Source: Batkoa obscura (Eukaryota). From it: a stretch of 64,000 nt of DNA. The stretch covers positions 1-64,000 of the forward strand of contig JASVEC010000017.1 in assembly GCA_030770535.1 (NCBI GenBank), in the 5' to 3' direction. Of the stretch, positions 26,365 through 38,553 are shown in pieces. Both the position numbers and the translations under genes were made by a program. The stretch's first letter is position 1, and each line of letters opens with the position of its first letter. The notes beneath the pieces are model-generated. The model was not told where the DNA came from, did no database searches, and worked only from the letters and a program-made list of their open reading frames with translations.

Positions 26365-26368
<4 letters not shown>

Positions 26369-26394
26369 TAATATTATAGTTATATTATTAATAT

Positions 26395-26593
26395 GAGGAT
26401 GTCTTTTTGGTTTCATTATTTTTTCCATTTTTTAAGCGCTATTTGGGGATGTATTTTTATGTTTAAGAATTTCACTACTAATTTTTCCACTCAAATAGCG
26501 CTTAAAAGATGGAAAAAGTGATGGAGCTAAAAAACACCCCCATTTGAGCGGAAAGATTGTTAGTAGAATTCTTGAACAAAAGAATACATCCCT
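26395..26593. mobile_element. MITE family A, outer copy split by a nested insertion
   Basis: Halves 26395-26444 and 26546-26593 rejoin to the consensus; ATAT TSD. Confidence 0.9.
26445..26541. mobile_element. MITE family A, inner copy in opposite orientation
   Basis: GGGGATGT...ACACCCCC flanked by duplicated ATTT (26441-26444, 26542-26545). Confidence 0.93.
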
Positions 26594-26597
26594 ATAT

Positions 26598-27770
26598 CTT
26601 CTATTTTACCTAATGCTTCAAGACTATTTTTCCATTGTGAAAGATTTCCAAAATGTTCGTCAACTATACTTTTTCCATGATGCTCAGGAAAAAAATCAAG
26701 ACCAATATTTAAACTACTATTTATTTTATAAATTTCTTCAAATATATAATGTAAAAACTCTTGAGATTTAAAATGATTTCCTGTATCTGCCCATATATTA
26801 ATTTTTGTAAACTTTTTAAATAAAAGCTCTCTAGATATTAAATCAATTAAACAATCTCATGCATATGCTGAATCGTGATTTAATATTTCAGATAAATAAT
26901 CAAAATAAACTTTGTCTGTTGTTTTATCATTTTTTAAATATAAAACGCCAAACCCTAATACTGATATAGCTTGTTTATTATAATGATCTAAATTTATTAA
27001 ATCTGGTCTTGTTCCTATTTCCATATTTTGTTTAAAGTCTAAAATTATTATACAACTTTTATTATTTAATTTTTTAATAGTTTCATTAAACACGTTTTTT
27101 TGAGTATCAACACAAAATTCAGCTAATTTATACTTTTTTTCTTTATTAAAAGATTCTTCTATCTCTGCTTTATTTTTTGTCGCTGTATTTGTTTTATTTT
27201 CAAATAACTTTTTTCTAACTGTATACTGGGCACATATTACATAAATCTGTTTTTCTTGCTGGATTTTAAAATTATTTGCTATATATTTAAAAAATGTTGA
27301 CCTAGCTACTGCTTTGTCTTTTAAATCAATAAAATATTTACTATATATCATTCTTCTACTTTTATTTAATATACATATATTATCTGACAGATATTTATTA
27401 TCATTATTTTTTTATTAAATCTTGATAAAATAGTTGAATTATGTAAATATTGTATAATAATTTTAATTTGCTCATCTTTAATTTTTTTTGTATTTTTAAC
27501 AATAGATTGTAACGTTGGTATTTTATCGTTATTAATTATTTTTGAATAATCACATTGATTTCTACTTATATTAAATCCAAAACTTTTACGTTCATCAAAA
27601 GAATATACTGAAGCTATAGCTGATAATAATGTTACTTGTTGGTTTTTGTTTCCTGTTTCCTTTAAAGTACTAACTTTATACATTACTTGGTTAAGTTTGT
27701 TATTATCAATAGTAAACTTTAATAATTTTTCTTTTCTTTTTTTTTTTTTTGCTTTATTATAAAGTTCCAT
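26598..27770 (-). pseudogene. Sola2-like DDD transposase pseudogene
   Basis: ORFs 27366-27770 and 26857-27351 plus read-through: LDFKQN ... NHDSAYA* ... IWADTGNHFK ... (stops, frameshift) FFPEHHGKSIVDEHFG. Confidence 0.75.
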
Positions 27771-28298
27771 AGACTCTGGATTATTGTGAATAGTTGTTAA
27801 AATTGATGTATATGAATTGCAATATTTATATAATATGCTTTTCCCTACTATATTAGAATTTTCAAAATTATATTTTAGAGTTTAATTATAAAAGCTTGCA
27901 TTTTGTTTTTATTTTAATAAAAAGTAAAGTCAAATAACTATATATACATGTATTATATATTGTATATCTATTAAACATTAAAAAATAATAATATAAAACA
28001 TATAGTTAAAAAAACTAAATATTTAAAATAAGTCTTTTAAGTTAAATTTTTTTATTTAATTTTAAGCTTTTCAAATTTAACTAATCATATACATTAAGGA
28101 TTTACAAACTTAAAAACTTAAAATTTGGATTAGTTTTTAAGTAAATTCTGAAACTAATTCGGACATCATCATATCAATATATTAAATAGTATGTTTATTT
28201 TTATAAAAATAAATAGGCAACAGTAAAATAATTGAAATCGCTTGATAGTCAAATCTCGAATTAAACTGTTTTCTATATCCTATACAAGTATAATTAAT

Positions 28299-30594
28299 CT
28301 ACCAATGAAAGTCTTTTACATGACGATTTAGTGTTGCTTTCCTACTATACGATTTGCCGCAGCCAGGTTCTGTACATTTATATTTTGCTTTATTTCCCTG
28401 TTTTCCAAGGTTTAGACTATTCGGCGAACTACTTCCTTGTGTTTCATTGTCGCCATGTGCACTTTTCATATGCCTATACCATGAGCTTTTATTTTGGTAA
28501 GTCTTATTACAACCATCTACTTTACATCTAAACTTCCCACCTTCCAAGTTAATAGGCTCAAGCTCAAGTTCCTCTATTGATTTTTCAGTCAAAGGACTGA
28601 ATAATTGCTCCTCTAGACTTGGTTCATTTCCATTATTACATGATTCATTTTCCGTTTCTTCTATTATTTGTTGATGATTATCGGGATTTGTTTTATCTGA
28701 AAAATCATTTGCTCTACTTTTTTCATCCAAGTCATTGAGCTTATATGGTTCTTTGTGATCATTTTTGTCCAATGTATCAAATTTGAATGCGTCTTCAGGC
28801 TCATTTTCATCCATTTTTCCAGCTTTAGAGGCTCCTAAAATAGTATATTCTAAAGCAGAAACTGTATTTAAATCCTCAATATTTTTTCTGAAAGTTAAAA
28901 AATGGACAGCTTCTTCGATTTTTTCCAGTTCCCCGTTGTTTGTATTTTGTTCATCCAATTTATATTTGGCTCTTTTAGTAGTCAGTCCCTCAAAATAGGG
29001 TTCATCAACGCTTTTTGGAATATTATGGGATTTCAAAATATGATGCTCCAAGGCTGGTAACCTATCAAATCTATATTGACAATCGTGCTTAGGACATTTG
29101 TATTTTCTTTTTAAATATTCCTTTTTCGCATCATTTATTCCTAAAGTTTTTAAAATTGATCCAACTTTGTTTTCATCTTCATTTAGTATATTTGTATCAT
29201 CATTTGAGTCTCTATCAAAATCATTATCAGATTCTCCTGATTGGGTTTGCGTAGAAGAATGGTTATCTGTCTCCTTAATTTCATTTTCATTATTTCTAAT
29301 TTCTTCATTTCTTCTTTCAACGTCTTCTAATCCTCTTATTATTTTGTGGTAGTGAACTAAGTGATGAGTAAGACGATTTTTCGACAATAATACGTGGCTA
29401 CAATTGATTACTGGGCAAGTGATACTTCCTTCTAGCTGCGACAAAGATTTAGGATGTTTACGACGAATATGCATGTTTAGACGACCTTTAGATGGGAAAG
29501 ATAAATCGCATCCAAGTATTGGGCACGAAAGTTCAACAGAAGATGATAAATGAACAGCTTTTAAATGCTCCGTCAAATTCTTTTTCTATAAGTGGTTTTC
29601 ATATGTTATTTAAAATAACTGCATTAAAAATAAAAATACCTGTCCAAATTCACTATTACATTCAGCCTGAGGGCACTTAAATAAAATCACTTTCTTAATT
29701 CCTATATCCGTTGGTCCCTCGAATCCTCTAAAATGAGTTTTTACATGTGATTTTAATAGCGACCTACTATGAAAAAGTCGATTACATACATGGCAAACCG
29801 CTGGGTGTTTTTTACGATTATGGGAAACAAGTTCGCTCCATTTTTGAAATCGAGAATTACATCCTTGAGTACTGCACAAATAATAATGTGTATCTATTTT
29901 AATAGTCAACACTATGTATACGAATTTTATGATAAAGATTACCAGTGTGCGATAATAGATGATTTTTAAGCAAAGAGGGAGTACTAAACCTTCTGCCACA
30001 ACCATCAATAGTACATGGATGCGGCAATAGCCCTTGATGTTTACAAATATGGCGATTCAACTTGTTACGCTTAGTAAATGCTTCATTGCAATTAGGCCAT
30101 GTGCACTACAAATCATATTAGAATTCAAATTTAATTTTTGCAGAAATATTTTTTAAATATTTAAGATTACAAAAAAACTGTAATTAACTAATTCTTACCT
30201 TGAACTGTTTGGCTTCATGAAATGTTTTTATGTGCTGGTTGATATAGTGTTCATAAATAAAACTTCTTTTACAACCTTGAATAGGGCACTGAAAACCAGC
30301 AATTTCATTGCTTTCATTTTCTTTATCTGACCTTTTATCATGTATTTGATGGGCCAATATATGCCTATCTAAATGATCTTTCCTATAATACGCTTTCTCG
30401 CAACCATTATATGTACATTTGAATGATTTTTGACCTGTATGTGTTTTAAAATGCGCTCTTAAGATGCTTGGTTTTTTATAAGATTTTTTACAACCTGAAT
30501 AGGTACAGCTATACATCTTATCTTCACCTTTTAGTATAAGTGTTTGATTTTCTTCATTGTCACTTGTCTCAGGATTTCTATATTCTTCATCCAT
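28299..30594 (-). CDS. TFIIIA-like C2H2 zinc-finger protein (4 exons, 13 fingers counted)
   Basis: Serial CxxxxC...HxxxH fingers; TFIIIA-like FQKWSELVSHNRKKHPAVCHVC finger 6/7 junction; introns ~30107-30198, 29894-29942, 29586-29639. Confidence 0.75.
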
Positions 30595-31016
30595 TACTGT
30601 CTCTATTGTTTACATTTGGTAAATATGCTAGAAGGATTTGAATGTCTAATTAAACTTACCTAACAATATGAAAAGTTTATTTATTAAAACGCAATAAATT
30701 TTATAAATAAACTTTTTTTCGGTTTACTGTTGAAACCACTTTAAATTAAAAATAGTAGGCTCTTTTTTCCATCATGTAATTTTTTGAATAATTTTCTACA
30801 CAAAAATTTAAAGAATATGAACACAGCTGATTCGGGTAAATTACTGCATCCTTAGCTGTGATTTCTATAATCAATGGTTAGTTGAAACGATTTTTTTAAG
30901 GTCTATATCTTAGATTTAGCTCAATTTTGGACAAGTATTTACTCTCAAATGAACAGTTATTTAGATCCCAATAGAGCTGCGGCAATTGCAAATAAAAATG
31001 AAAAATTTATATATTT

Positions 31017-31113
31017 GGGGATGTATTTTTATGTTTAAGAATTTTACCAACAATCTTTCCGCCCAAATAGCGCTTAAAAATGGAAAAAGTAATAAAACCA
31101 AAAAAACATCCCC
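31017..31113. mobile_element. MITE family A
   Basis: GGGGATGT...ACATCCCC with ATTT TSD. Confidence 0.92.
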
Positions 31114-31564
31114 ATTTTTTTTATTAAAGCAGTATTTTTGAAAGTTATAGTTTAAAACAACTTCATTTGTTCTTTTATATTTATATAAATAGATATACTA
31201 TTTTAAGCTTTTGATACTTCAATTTTATTTCATTGCAATACTAAAATTAATATTAGATGAAAAATTATTTATATAATAGATTGCAGCTATATCTTTCTTT
31301 GTTTTTAATTTGCACTTTGCCTTTTTAAACATGAATTTAATGATTGTAAAAAAAAGCTATAAAATTTAAATCAATGAAAAAATATAAATACAAATTAAAA
31401 CAGCAAAAGTCATCTAATTGTAACTTGTTCTATTTAATTCAAAATCAAAAGTTATAATTAATTGGTTTAAAATCAGAAGGAGACAATTAACTTTATTATA
31501 ACTAAATTAATAAAATAGTATAAATCATAATGACAATTCAAGTAATTTAATGTTGTAAAATCAA

Positions 31565-33142
31565 CTATGTAGCATGATTTGGTAATGAATCAATAATAGA
31601 TTTCACTTTAGGTTGAGGGTGAGGCGGTCTGAAAGCTGGTAAATTTGTGCTAGAAGTGCGTGAGATTGAAGGGTATTCATCACCATTTTCATTAGAAATA
31701 TTCGTCTTTTCATCTTTTTCCTCGTTTAAATAACTAAACTTTTCACTGTTAGGGCTTAATATTACATTTTCCATTTCATTTTCACCTCTCTTAATACCAT
31801 CGTGGCTTCTTTCCTCATTTTCACTATCAACCTCTAAAGGTGGGGAGTTAGGTAAAGGTGGGCCAAATCCATAGTTGGGGCGGGTAGGAGAAAGTTCATT
31901 TTCTTTTCCCCAAACATCTCTATCATCTTCAATCGAGAATGAATTTCTATTCTGATATTCATTAAGTTGCTGCTGAAAGTTAACGAGGCTAGCTGGCATA
32001 GGCTCATGATCAATTTCATGATCTTTTTCTGTTGCTGGGTGAGAGCTTTGATCAGTAGTTGTAGATAAATCAACGCTTTCCAATGCTGGACTTAGTCCAG
32101 TCTCTTCAATCTTTTTTAATGACTCACTTACCTCTTCAGCCCTATCAATAGGATTTGTGTAAGTAGTATTCATAATAATATTTGAAGCTACTTCTGGGAT
32201 ACTACCTAAATTTTGTTCTTGCTTTTGAAAACTACTAACTGGTTTGTTTGGTACACCGTTGAGGGTAGTGTTATTATTCCTCAAAAAATTAGGTGTAATG
32301 GAAGCTGAAGCTGGTGAATGTGCTAATCCAGAATCTCTTCTAGCATAAGGACCTGTGATAGGTTTTGCCAAAATTACACTACATGGACCCTTTTTTAACA
32401 AATAATCCTCTAGGCCACCGTATATAGTCCTAAGCATAAGATTTAAAAACTATAGATGTTTTCAAAATATAAATTACTTTTGAATAATGTTAATTGGTAG
32501 AGGGCTTAAAACAATCATTTCAGCATGGGTATATTGGGCTAATTTCACTATAGTAAGTTTGGCATCTCCTTCAGGCATAATAACTTTTTGAGATACGATC
32601 TAAATAAAATTAGTATAACATTACATAATGAATAAACATATGCTACATCATGTTCAGCTAAACTCATACGAAAAACTTCCATTTCTTGTTCAATTCTTTC
32701 TTGTTTCTAAAAAATATTAATAATCATTATTGTTATCATTTTTATATATTGTTACTCTTTTATGCTCGATCTCTACTGATATTTCCTCTATTTTTATGTT
32801 AGTATTATACATTAACATCATATTTTTTATCTCTTCAAAAATTTACCATTTGCTAATTTCCAGAGCTTTTTTGTATCAACAATGGTATAAGCTTCATCCA
32901 AGAATACCGATAATAAAGTAACGTAATCCAACCCAGGTCTAAAAATATTTTCCAAAGCCCTAATAAAATGGTTTAATAAAGCATAGTTATAGTCGAGTTT
33001 ATTACCATTGAAACGATGGACCTGATAGTTCCAAAGAATAATATAAAAATATAATTTTTCTTCTATTTCCAATTGCGATATTTCCAGATACTGGAGATTG
33101 TAGTGGTAAACGAGGTTGTATTAAAGAAGGTGTTCTTTGCAT
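31565..33142 (-). CDS. Probable universal stress protein (Usp)-like domain protein with disordered C-tail, multi-exon
   Basis: RRKIIFLYN N-terminal strand, IVKLAQYTHAEMIVL, GGLEDYLLKKGPCSVILAK resemble Usp motifs; exon structure approximate. Confidence 0.55.
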
Positions 33143-33499
33143 TTTAGAATAAATTAAAGTAAATTAATTGCTTTTATATTTTGGAAAATTAATGGCTAAT
33201 TTAATGTTCAACTAGGATGAGGTGTGCTTAAGTTCAAAATATTTGCCAATAAATCTCAAAAAATATACCAACAATTTATATGATTGGAAGAATTCCTATT
33301 TTCATTTGTAATATACCCAATTAAATAGTAGTGTAAATTGAAATAAGAACATTTATGGAATAGTATTAAATTTTGTGTTATGCCCTTAAAGGCCTTCATT
33401 TTAAACATATTAAAAAAGTGTAATTCAAGTTAATTCTTGAAAAGACCCCCTTATGTTTAAAAAGTAATTAACTTAGATAATTGCTAATGTTGTTTATAT

Positions 33500-33598
33500 G
33501 GGGATGTGTTTTTTTGTTTAAGAATTTTACTAACAATCTTTCTGCTGAAATAGCGCTTAAAAAATGGAAAAAATAATGAAGTCAAAAAAACCACCCTC
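33500..33598. mobile_element. MITE family A
   Basis: GGGGATGT...CACCCTC with ATAT TSD. Confidence 0.9.
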
Positions 33599-34319
33599 AT
33601 ATAGTATATTGAAATGTGTAATATGACTTAGGAGGTATTATTTCAATTTAGTATTAGACCTATTTGATTGGTTGTATTTATCTCTGGTTAGATTTAAGCT
33701 AATTTAGAAATACACCTGATAGTTTTATTACTACTATAAATTTTAAAGTGATTAATTTGGTATTGCTAAATTTTAAAATGAAGCTTTTGTTTATAAGTTA
33801 AGCATTTAATGTCTATGAATCTTGAACTTAGAGGTAAAGGAAATAGCTACGTCTTTATATATTACATTATATAACGTGTATTTTCGGATTGAAATAAAAT
33901 TCTATTCTTATAACTAATTTCCATCTTTGAGTATTTCTGTGCCTATAGAATATGATTAGATAGAACGAAAACATTATCTTTAATACAAATAGTGGCGAAA
34001 TTCCAAATAGCAGCATCAAGTTGAAGAGGAATTTACGTTTTAATTATATCAACTTAATTTATACCTGAATAAATTTTGTAAGCATTTTGAATATAACTGC
34101 TATGATATCGGCAGTTTTAATTTATATTGAAATAATATAAAAAATGTTATATTTCTAGTCTGTTGATACTATATTAAATCGTAATATAAATTTCTCAAAA
34201 TAGTGAGTTCAATATTTTTAATACATAGACAAATTTATAAATTTATAAATTTATATTGTCTTGTTAAATTTGATATAATAGTAATAAAATTTAATATAAA
34301 ATTTAAATTTAAATTTAAA

Positions 34320-35809
34320 TCACCATTCAGGGTCGCCTTTGATTCCTATAAAACTAGACACCAATGAAGTACAAACAATAGTAGTAGAATGGAATGCAAA
34401 CCCTCTATACAAAGCGCCAAATCCATGCGTTTGATAATATGTAGTTACACCAATAAGTTGACGTTTTGGTTCAGGTTTAGCTTCTTCAGTAACAATACGA
34501 TAAGCACAATCTAGCGCATTGGCATAAGGAGCATTACGAGTTCTAATACACCCGATAAAATTTTTATTGGTAGTTGATTTATAACGAGGTTGAACTTGCA
34601 ATCTTTTACGTATTGTGTCCAATGGAAGAACTATCATTAGTTCTATTGTACTTAGTGCTAATTCAAATAGCCCATAAATGAATGGAGAATCAAGTGGTGA
34701 TATATGAAACAATCTGTCTATGATTAATGGGGCGCACTGTTGCATGAGTGGACTTAATATATGATATAGAGCACTTGGTAATATATCTTCTCCCCAATAT
34801 AAAGCTTCGATGCCTTCTTCTTGTAAAATTGTAACTAAAGCATGGAAAGGTCCATTGTATTTTGCCACTTTGGGGTCGGAAGATTGTACTATTAATCTAA
34901 AGTAATTTGTTTTTATATCTCAATTATATTTTGCTTGATAAAAATTACCTTGTACGTATAAGATCTAATGGGTTCAATAACAAACCAGCTGCTAGATTTG
35001 AGACCATCATAGTTGCAATATTTGGACCAGCTGAGTCTAAATGTACTAATGGTATTGTATCATCGTACAAATCAAAGGTGTCATTCAATGTTCCTTCAAT
35101 GCTTGGTTGTAAAAATAGATGTAACATATTATAAATCCAATAACTAAACTGTCCTAGCATTTAAAGTTAAATCATTATATTATACTGTAGCTAAAACTTA
35201 CCTTTCCATAAAGAAAACACACCTTCACTAGGATGTTTTACAATGCAACTCATAGTGTTCCATAAACCGCCTTCCAAATCAGATAGTTGATAAGCTGGTT
35301 TTGTGCCAATGTCTTCATTCTCTACTATATAGCCCATTTTATCAGTAACATTAATTTTATTTGTATTTAAGCTAGTTTCTTCGTCCATACCTTTTTTTGT
35401 GGTATCTTCGATATCAGAATCAAACTAATTCAATTTTAGTATTTATTCTATATAAAATTATTTCTCTTACTTCATCTGAATCATCCGAGTCAAAATAATG
35501 CTTTTCATTGACCTCCTTCTTTTGGAAACTAGTTGGAAGGTGTTGAACTTGGATTAAAGTATGAGCAACTTCAAAGGGGGAGGCCATAGCTGTGGTTACA
35601 TACTTCATCAAAGCATACGTTATAATATCCCAATGATCATGTTTCTCTTGAGTTGGAAGGGCAAAGGTAAGAGCTGATTGAGGGTCAATGTTACCACTTG
35701 GTAAATAAGGATTCAAAGAGGCAGGGTTACTGACGCTAAAATCTACATAAGGCCTATAAGGATTGACTTTTTCAGGATCATTCCTTTGGTACGAATTATC
35801 GCCATTCAT
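34320..35809 (-). CDS. UGO1: Mitochondrial outer-membrane fusion protein Ugo1 (carrier family), 4 exons
   Basis: NPYRPY, SPFEVAHTLIQVQ, acidic insert, EGVFSLWKG, PLDLIRTR, LPLDTIRKRLQVQ, LYRGF. Confidence 0.82.
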
Positions 35810-35949
35810 TTTGAAAAATAATAAAAAGCATAAAAGTGACCTCATTAATAACTCACTAAACTAAATCCCATAAAGGTTAACAAACCCACTTTAATCCAAC
35901 TTCTGATAAAAAAATTATTTTCAAATTTAAATAAAAGTGGTTTACCGGA

Positions 35950-37841
35950 ATGGCTGAAGTTACTCAAAAGAAAAGGAATCGTAAACGATCAAAAAAAACT
36001 GATAAAAAAGAAGTTGTTGATAACAGCAATAACAATGTCAATGTAACAACACCAGAGGTTATAGAAGAGGAAGAGGAAGAGGAAAAAGAGATTAGAGCTG
36101 AAGATAGTGAAGAAGAAGAAAACTTACCTGGCAAAAAGAAATCCAAGGCAGAGAATGCACCTGAAAGTGAAAAGGAGCCAGAAAGGGAGGAGGCTGAGGA
36201 AGAGATCCAAGAAAAAGCTGAAAAGAGTATCAAGCATAAGGAAAATGCTTTAAGTAGCTTTGATGCAACTAACAAAGTAGGGACAGGAGAGGTAAATTAT
36301 GACTTTTCAAGTTTAGATATTAGTGAGTCAACCCTCAGTGCCATCAATGACATTGGATTCGCCAAGATGACTGAGGTACAAGCACGTACAATACCCGCAT
36401 CTTTAACTGGAAGAGATATCTTAGGTGCTGCTAAAACAGGTAGTGGTAAAACTGTTGCTTTCTTAATCCCAGCCATCGAGCTTTTATCAAAATTGAAGTT
36501 TAAACCTCGAAACGGGACTGGTATTGTTATTATTTCTCCAACTCGTGAATTGGCTTTACAAATTTTTGGAGTTGCAAAAGATCTTTTAAAGTACCATTCA
36601 CATACATTCGGTATAGTTATGGGTGGTGCTAATCGTAGAGCTGAAGTAGAAAAATTAATCAAGGGAGTGAATTTAATTGTTGCAACCCCAGGTCGTTTGT
36701 TAGATCATCTTCAAAACACCCAAGGTTTTATTTATAAAAACCTTAAAGCTTTGATTATCGATGAAGCAGATCGTATTTTGGACTGTGGTTTCGAAGATGA
36801 AATGAAGCAAATCATTAAAATATTACCAAAAGGTACGTTAAATTTTATATTTCAATACTTTAACTAACTTTTTCAGAACGCCAAACTATGTTGTTTTCGG
36901 CTACACAAACTACCAAAGTTGAGGATCTTGCCAGAGTTTCGTTAAAGAAGAGTCCATTGTATATCAATGTCGATCAGCATAAAGAAGCATCAACAGCAGA
37001 GGGCTTAGAACAAGGGTATGTAGTTTGCGATTCTGATAAACGATTTTTATTGCTATTTACATTTTTGAAAAAAAATCTAAAGAAAAAAATTATTGTTTTC
37101 TTTTCTTCATGTAATTCAGTAAAATATCATGCTGAATTATTGAACTACATTGACATTCCAGTGCTCGACCTCCATGTAAGTTTGATTATTAATTATAAAT
37201 ACAAATTATTTAAAAATATAGGGTAAACAAAAACAAGCAAAAAGAACAAATACCTTCTTTGAATTTATGAATGCCGAGACTGGTATATTGATCTGTACAG
37301 ATGTAGCTGCACGTGGTTTAGATATCCCAGAAGTTGATTGGATTATTCAATTTGATCCTCCAGATGATCCAAAAGATTATATTCATAGAGTGGGACGTAC
37401 GGCTCGTGGTAAAGGAAAGAAGGGAAAATCTTTATTGTTTTTATTGCCATCTGAATTAGGATTTTTGAGATATTTAAAACATGCAAAAGTACCTTTAAAT
37501 GAATATCAATTCCCAACATCCAAAATAGCTAACATCCAAAATCAATTGGAGTCTCTTATAGAAAAGAACTATTATTTAAATCAATCTGCAGTTCAAGGGT
37601 TCAGATCTTATCTTCAAGCATATGCATCTTATTCTCTCAAGTCTATTTTTAAAATTAATGATATGAACCTTATTAAGGTAGCCAAAGCCTTTGGTCTTAA
37701 AGTTCCACCAAAAGTCAATCTAAGTAAGTTTATAATTCATCATTAATACATTATTTAACCTTTATTTTAGCTATTGGACCATCATCTACTAAGGATTCAC
37801 AGCGCAAGTCTAGACCCCTTTCAGAAAAAAAGAAGCTTTAA
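35950..37841 (+). CDS. HAS1: DEAD-box RNA helicase Has1/DDX18, 4 exons
   Basis: [48 protein letters not shown]. Confidence 0.96.
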
Positions 37842-38553
37842 TTTAACTTTGGTTTATAGTTTTTAAATCATTAACTACTTCTAGACTATTAAATAACTAT
37901 AGAATATAATTTAGTTTACAACTTATAATGATTTATACTTCAATAAGAATACTTTTAAATTATTATAATTTCATTTTTTTAATCTACTTATGTAAAAAAC
38001 CAAAATGAATTTTGTTATATAATATACTGAATTATATATTTATATTATATATTAATTTTATACTTTAAATACCTATTCTTGAAAAAGTTAAGCAGTAGAG
38101 TATCTTTTCTAAAAGGTATTATAGTTACATTTGGCTTTTCCAAATTAATATATTAAAAACATCTTCAATAAGATAAAGGCAGCTTTTATTAACAAATCCC
38201 AACTTGACTAAATTGGAAATAAATTGAAACTTCATTTTATCTTCTAGCCAATAGCATCAAAGTATTTCGAATTAACTGTATATATTTTGAAGCAACTACC
38301 TTTTGTTTAAATAATTGACTTTAAACTTGCTTTTTTAAAGTTCTAATAATTTAATAATCTTCTGATTCAAATAATCAATCATGGTTTTTATGGGTTATTC
38401 ATACTACTAATTTAGAATAAATTATGAAAATGTCTTTGCTTTTTAGTATTTAAAATCTAGCCCAATAAAATAAAAATTATAAAATTAAGGTACCTGAGTT
38501 TATTTTACTGACAATTAGATATAAATTAATACAAAGTCGCTTTTAAGTTTAAA

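Larger units (their letters stand above)
25994..28170 (-). mobile_element. Decayed Sola2-like DNA transposon
   Basis: Imperfect ~22 bp TIRs (GGGGATATCCGAATTGGCTTCA vs right-end reverse complement GATGATGTCCGAATTAGTTTCA); ATAT on both flanks; internal transposase remnant. Confidence 0.75.

Noticed and set aside
26857..26859. TGA read-through in the transposase
   Set aside because: Further stops, frameshifts and MITE insertions indicate ordinary decay.
30107..30860. 5S rRNA-mimic regulatory element in or near the TFIIIA-like gene
   Set aside because: Only short hairpins (intron 1; CACAGCTGA/TTAGCTGTG near 30823-30860) with no recognisable 5S similarity.
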